A stretch of DNA of 32,000 nucleotides. Source: Dickeya dadantii NCPPB 898. GTDB lineage: Bacteria > Pseudomonadota > Gammaproteobacteria > Enterobacterales > Enterobacteriaceae. Shown here piece after piece: positions 28,499 through 32,000 of the stretch. Numbering within the stretch: the first letter of the stretch is position 1; the number at the start of each line of letters is the position of its first letter. The translations under genes and the position numbers were made by a program. Where the stretch lies: positions 1,297,263 through 1,329,262 of the forward strand of contig NZ_CM001976.1 in NCBI RefSeq assembly GCF_000406145.1, read 5' to 3'. The notes beneath the pieces are model-generated. The model searched no databases. It worked only from the letters and a program-made list of their open reading frames with translations, and was not told the DNA's origin.

Positions 28499-29547
28499 TT
28501 CTGCTCCTGCGCGGCGGCCTGCGCTTCGCGTTTACGTTGCTCCGCCAGTTCGTCCCGGCGTTTCTGATCGGCGCTTTCCCACGCTTCATAGGCGTTGACG
28601 ATGCGGGCGACCACCGGGTGGCGCACCACGTCTTCGCTGTGGAAGAAGTTGAAACTGATTTCTTCGACCTCCGACAGCACCTCAATGGCATGACGCAAAC
28701 CGGATTTTTGATTGCGCGGCAGGTCGATCTGGGTGACGTCGCCGGTGATGACCGCTTTCGAGTTAAACCCGATACGGGTCAGGAACATCTTCATCTGTTC
28801 GATAGTGGTGTTCTGGCTTTCGTCCAGAATGATGAAGGCGTCGTTAAGCGTGCGGCCGCGCATGTAGGCCAGCGGCGCGACTTCAATCACGTTACGCTCG
28901 ATCAGCTTTTCCACCCGCTCGAAGCCCAGCATTTCAAACAGCGCGTCGTAGAGCGGGCGCAGGTACGGGTCCACCTTCTGGCTCAGATCGCCCGGCAGGA
29001 AGCCCAGTTTTTCGCCGGCCTCCACCGCCGGACGGGTCAGCAGAATGCGGCGGATCTCCTGACGCTCCAGCGCATCCACCGCGGCTGCCACCGCCAGGTA
29101 AGTTTTCCCGGTGCCGGCTGGGCCGATACCGAAGGTGATGTCGTGATCGAGGATATGAGCGATGTACTGCGCCTGATTGGGCGTACGCGGTTTGATCACG
29201 CCGCGTTTGGTGCGGATATTCACCGCTTTGCCGTATTCCGGCACGCTATCGGCGGTCTGCTCCAGTACCCGGGATTCCTTGATGGCCAGATGAATCTGTT
29301 CCGGCTCGATATCCGGAATAACGCCGCGCACCGGAGCGGTATCCACATAAAGATGACGCAAGATGTCGGCTGCGGCGTCGATGCAGAGGTCTTTACCCAC
29401 CAGCTTGAAGTTATTGTCGCGATGATTGATCTCTATGCCGAGGCGGCGTTCCAGCTGTTTGATGTTGTCGTCAAACGGGCCGCACAGACTGAGCAGGCGT
29501 TTGTTGTCCGCAGGTTCGAGGGCAATTTCTTTTATCGTTACGTTCAA
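28495..29547 (-). CDS. ybeZ: PhoH-like ATPase YbeZ
   Basis: It has Walker [13 protein letters not shown] start at 29547 with an AAGAGGA SD 5 nt upstream gives (M)[14 protein letters not shown].., against E. coli MNIDTREITLEPADN. Confidence 0.92.
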   Translation of the reverse strand: MNVTIKEIALEPADNKRLLSLCGPFDDNIKQLERRLGIEINHRDNNFKLVGKDLCIDAAADILRHLYVDTAPVRGVIPDIEPEQIHLAIKESRVLEQTADSVPEYGKAVNIRTKRGVIKPRTPNQAQYIAHILDHDITFGIGPAGTGKTYLAVAAAVDALERQEIRRILLTRPAVEAGEKLGFLPGDLSQKVDPYLRPLYDALFEMLGFERVEKLIERNVIEVAPLAYMRGRTLNDAFIILDESQNTTIEQMKMFLTRIGFNSKAVITGDVTQIDLPRNQKSGLRHAIEVLSEVEEISFNFFHSEDVVRHPVVARIVNAYEAWESADQKRRDELAEQRKREAQAAAQEQK

Positions 29548-29723
29548 ACTATTCCTCTTGGGTTTAAGCAGAATGAGCAATGACGCTGTGCCGCAGGCAG
29601 TGATGTCTGCCCGAATGCGGCGCAGAGATTACCCTGATTATTTATCGTGAACCCCGCAGGGCGCAAGTCACATTCGGCATAAAGGCGGCAGGGGATATGA
29701 ATCCGCTCCGGGTGTCGCTGCAA

Positions 29724-29751
29724 AGAAAAAGCGGGCCGTTTGACGGCCCGC
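29724..29751 (-). terminator. rho-independent terminator downstream of miaB
   Basis: The minus strand reads GCGGGCCG-TCAAA-CGGCCCGC followed by TTTTTCTTTG. Confidence 0.8.
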
Positions 29752-29772
29752 CTGAAAACGATCATCCGCGTA

Positions 29773-31197
29773 TTACGGCTGATAGATACCAACGCCGAGT
29801 TCGTTCTCTTTGCGGGTACGAGCGATAACCGACGTCGGCGACTCGCTAACGCGCAGATCCATTTGATCTTCGGTACGGACAACCACGCCACGCAGCGAGT
29901 TCGGATAAACGTCGACAATTTCCACGTCGACGAATTTGCCGATCATGTCGGGCGTTCCTTCGAAGTTCACTACACGGTTATTTTCAGTACGGCCGGACAG
30001 CTCCATCACGCTTTTACGCGAGGTGCCCTCCACCAGAATACGCTGCACCGAGCCCATCATTCGGCGGCTGTACTGCATGGCCTGCTGATTGATGCGTTCC
30101 TGCAGAATGTACAGGCGCTGCTTCTTCTCTGCTTCGGTCACGTCGTCCACCATGTCGGCGGCCGGAGTACCGGGGCGAGGCGAGTAGATAAAGCTGAAAC
30201 TCATGTCGAAATCGACATCGGCGATCAGCTTCATGGTCTGCTCGAAATCCTCCTGCGTTTCGCCCGGGAAACCGACGATAAAGTCGGAACTGATCTGAAT
30301 CGCCGGGCGCGCTTTACGCAGTTTGCGGATGATGGCCTTGTATTCCAGCGCGGTGTGGCGGCGCTTCATCATGGTCAGTACGCGGTCGGAACCGCTCTGA
30401 ACCGGCAGGTGCAGGAAGCTCACCAACTCCGGCGTATCTTCGTACACGCTGATGATATCGTCGGTGAATTCGATAGGATGGCTGGTGATGAAGCGGATGC
30501 GGTCGATACCGTCAATCGTCGCCACCAGACGCAGCAGTTCGGCAAAACTGCAGATGTCGTCATTGTGCATGGCACCGCGGTAAGCGTTTACGTTCTGGCC
30601 CAGCAGGTTGACTTCGCGTACGCCCTGAGCCGCCAGTTGGGCGATTTCAAACAGAACGTCGTCAACCGGGCGGCTGACTTCTTCGCCGCGGGTATAAGGC
30701 ACCACGCAGAAGGTGCAATACTTGTTGCAGCCTTCCATGATGGACACGAATGCGGTCGGCCCTTCGGCGCGCGGTTCCGGCAGGCGGTCAAATTTTTCCA
30801 CTTCCGGGAAACTGATGTCCACGATCGGGCTGCGGGTACCCTGCACGTGGTTAATCATTTCCGGCAGGCGATGCAAAGTCTGCGGCCCGAAGATGACGTC
30901 CACGTAGTGCGCGCGGTCGCGAATGTGTTCACCTTCCTGCGACGCCACGCAGCCGCCCACGCCGATAATCAGATTCGGGTTGACGTCTTTGAGCGTTTTC
31001 CAGCGGCCGAGCTGATGAAACACTTTTTCCTGCGCCTTTTCACGGATCGAACAGGTATTCAGCAGCAGAATGTCGGCTTCTTCCGCGACCTCGGTCAGCT
31101 GGTAACCGTGCGTACTTTCCAGGAGGTCGGCTATCTTCGATGAATCGTATTCATTCATCTGACAGCCCCAGGTTTTGATATGCAGTTTCTTTGTCAT
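29773..31197 (-). CDS. miaB: tRNA-2-methylthio-N6-dimethylallyladenosine synthase MiaB (radical SAM methylthiotransferase)
   Basis: [19 protein letters not shown] matches the E. coli N-terminus, and the radical-SAM motif CNKYCTFC is present. An alternative ATG two codons upstream at 31203 is possible. Confidence 0.95.
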   Translation of the reverse strand: MTKKLHIKTWGCQMNEYDSSKIADLLESTHGYQLTEVAEEADILLLNTCSIREKAQEKVFHQLGRWKTLKDVNPNLIIGVGGCVASQEGEHIRDRAHYVDVIFGPQTLHRLPEMINHVQGTRSPIVDISFPEVEKFDRLPEPRAEGPTAFVSIMEGCNKYCTFCVVPYTRGEEVSRPVDDVLFEIAQLAAQGVREVNLLGQNVNAYRGAMHNDDICSFAELLRLVATIDGIDRIRFITSHPIEFTDDIISVYEDTPELVSFLHLPVQSGSDRVLTMMKRRHTALEYKAIIRKLRKARPAIQISSDFIVGFPGETQEDFEQTMKLIADVDFDMSFSFIYSPRPGTPAADMVDDVTEAEKKQRLYILQERINQQAMQYSRRMMGSVQRILVEGTSRKSVMELSGRTENNRVVNFEGTPDMIGKFVDVEIVDVYPNSLRGVVVRTEDQMDLRVSESPTSVIARTRKENELGVGIYQP

Positions 31198-31418
31198 CGT
31201 CATCGACTAGCCATTACTCAGTGCGGGTAAACACGCTTACCTTCAATGGGGCGCGTACATGCGGGCGCGTATTGTAATCTTTTGCCGTCGTTGTGACCAG
31301 AGCGAGCGGCTCGTCGCTTTTCTGAAAAACGTTGCCGAAATCCAGTAAACTATCGCCATCTTTTGTCTTTCTGGCGCATGAGTCTTTTGATATGCGCAAT
31401 AGAAACAGTGGGGCAGGT

Positions 31419-32000
31419 ATGCACTATGATGCGGTGATTGTAGGCGGAGGCATGGTGGGCGCCGCCGCTGCGTTGGGGCTGGCGCAGAGCGGTTTTCAGG
31501 TGGCGGTGTTGGAGCAGGAAACGCCGTTGCCGTTTGTTGCGGACAGCGCGCCGGACGTGCGGGTATCGGCGATTGGTCAGGCGTCGGTCAGGCTGCTGGA
31601 ACGGTTGGGAGCCTGGCAGGGCGTCGGGCTGATGCGCAGCGCGCCTTACCGACGACTCGAAACCTGGGAATGGGACAATGCGCATGTGGTGTTTGATGCG
31701 GCCGACCTTGGGTTATCCGAACTGGGGTTTATGGTGGAGAACCGTATTCTGCAACTGGCGTTATGGCAGGTGCTGGAGAGGGCGCCCGGCGTGACGCTGC
31801 TGTGCCCATGGCAATTGCAGGGCATGCGTCGCGAGGGCGAGCAATGGGTGCTGATTAGCGAGCGGGGCGACAGCCTGTCCGCGTCGCTGGTGATTGGCGC
31901 TGATGGCGCTAATTCGAAAATTCGCCAGTGGGCGGGCATTGGTATTACGGGCTGGCAATATCGTCAGTCCTGCATGCTGATCAGCGCCGAAATGACCGGC
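31419..32000 (+). CDS. ubiF: ubiquinone biosynthesis FAD-dependent hydroxylase UbiF, N-terminal part (runs off the window end)
   Basis: It is not in the ORF track because there is no stop in the window. ATG at 31419 encodes MHYDAVIVGGGMVGAAAALGLAQSGF...DVRVSAI...YRRLETWEWDNAHVVFDAA...LVIGADGANSKIRQ, collinear with recalled E. coli UbiF. It is divergent from miaB as in E. coli. Confidence 0.88.
   Translation, partial: MHYDAVIVGGGMVGAAAALGLAQSGFQVAVLEQETPLPFVADSAPDVRVSAIGQASVRLLERLGAWQGVGLMRSAPYRRLETWEWDNAHVVFDAADLGLSELGFMVENRILQLALWQVLERAPGVTLLCPWQLQGMRREGEQWVLISERGDSLSASLVIGADGANSKIRQWAGIGITGWQYRQSCMLISAEMTG

Noticed and set aside
28537-29583. 348-aa plus-strand ORF
   Set aside because: It is antisense to ybeZ (Walker A GPAGTGKT on the minus strand). 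It is a shadow ORF.
29548-29772. Heat-shock (sigma-32) or sigma-70 promoter for ybeZ in the miaB-ybeZ spacer
   Set aside because: I found only weak partial matches: CCCCTGCC with no CTTGAAA-like -35, and TTGCGC-N16-TAAATA. These are not good enough to call.
29740-31143. 467-aa plus-strand ORF
   Set aside because: It is antisense to miaB (radical-SAM motifs, collinear with E. coli). Its composition is low-complexity His/Arg/Val and it has no SD. It is a shadow ORF.
31214-31399. 61-aa minus-strand ORF between miaB and ubiF, and the 31350-31958 minus-strand ORFs
   Set aside because: The first lies in the divergent promoter spacer with no SD. The others are antisense to the clearly recognisable ubiF N-terminus (GGGMVG FAD fold).

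Overview
This window is almost entirely conserved enterobacterial housekeeping DNA. By gene content and about 55% GC it looks like Pectobacteriaceae (Dickeya or Brenneria), but that is an impression, not a search result. Two blocks that are separate in E. coli K-12 are joined here. Block 1 (1-4555) is tmcA' - ypfH - ypfN - M15 peptidase - dapE - yffB - ypfM. Block 2 (5187-32000) is cspE - crcB - ybeM - tatE - lipA - lipB - ybeD - dacA - rlpA - mrdB - mrdA - rlmH - rsfS - nadD - holA - lptE - leuS - ybeL - gltLKJI - lnt - corC - ybeY - ybeZ - miaB - ubiF'. Protein calls rest on by-eye recognition of catalytic motifs and recalled E. coli orthologue sequences. Many ORF-track starts are too long or are TTG codons shown as M, so I re-picked starts. 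I found no rRNA, tRNA, CRISPR array, IS element or prophage gene, and no multi-gene accessory or defence-like system. The interesting content is non-coding or small-scale. It includes a fluoride (crcB-motif) riboswitch upstream of crcB and the 19-aa small protein gene ypfM, both invisible in the ORF track. There is an SroC-like 3'UTR/spacer RNA ending in a strong terminator inside the gltIJKL operon, and two NtrC-box-like dyads plus a C/A-rich leader upstream of gltI. lipB carries an in-frame 18-bp x3 tandem repeat in its 5' end. A signal-less M15 (VanY-type) peptidase is start/stop-coupled to dapE. A 630-bp unassigned gap lies at the junction of the two blocks. The long antisense ORFs in the track are shadow ORFs of GC-rich genes.
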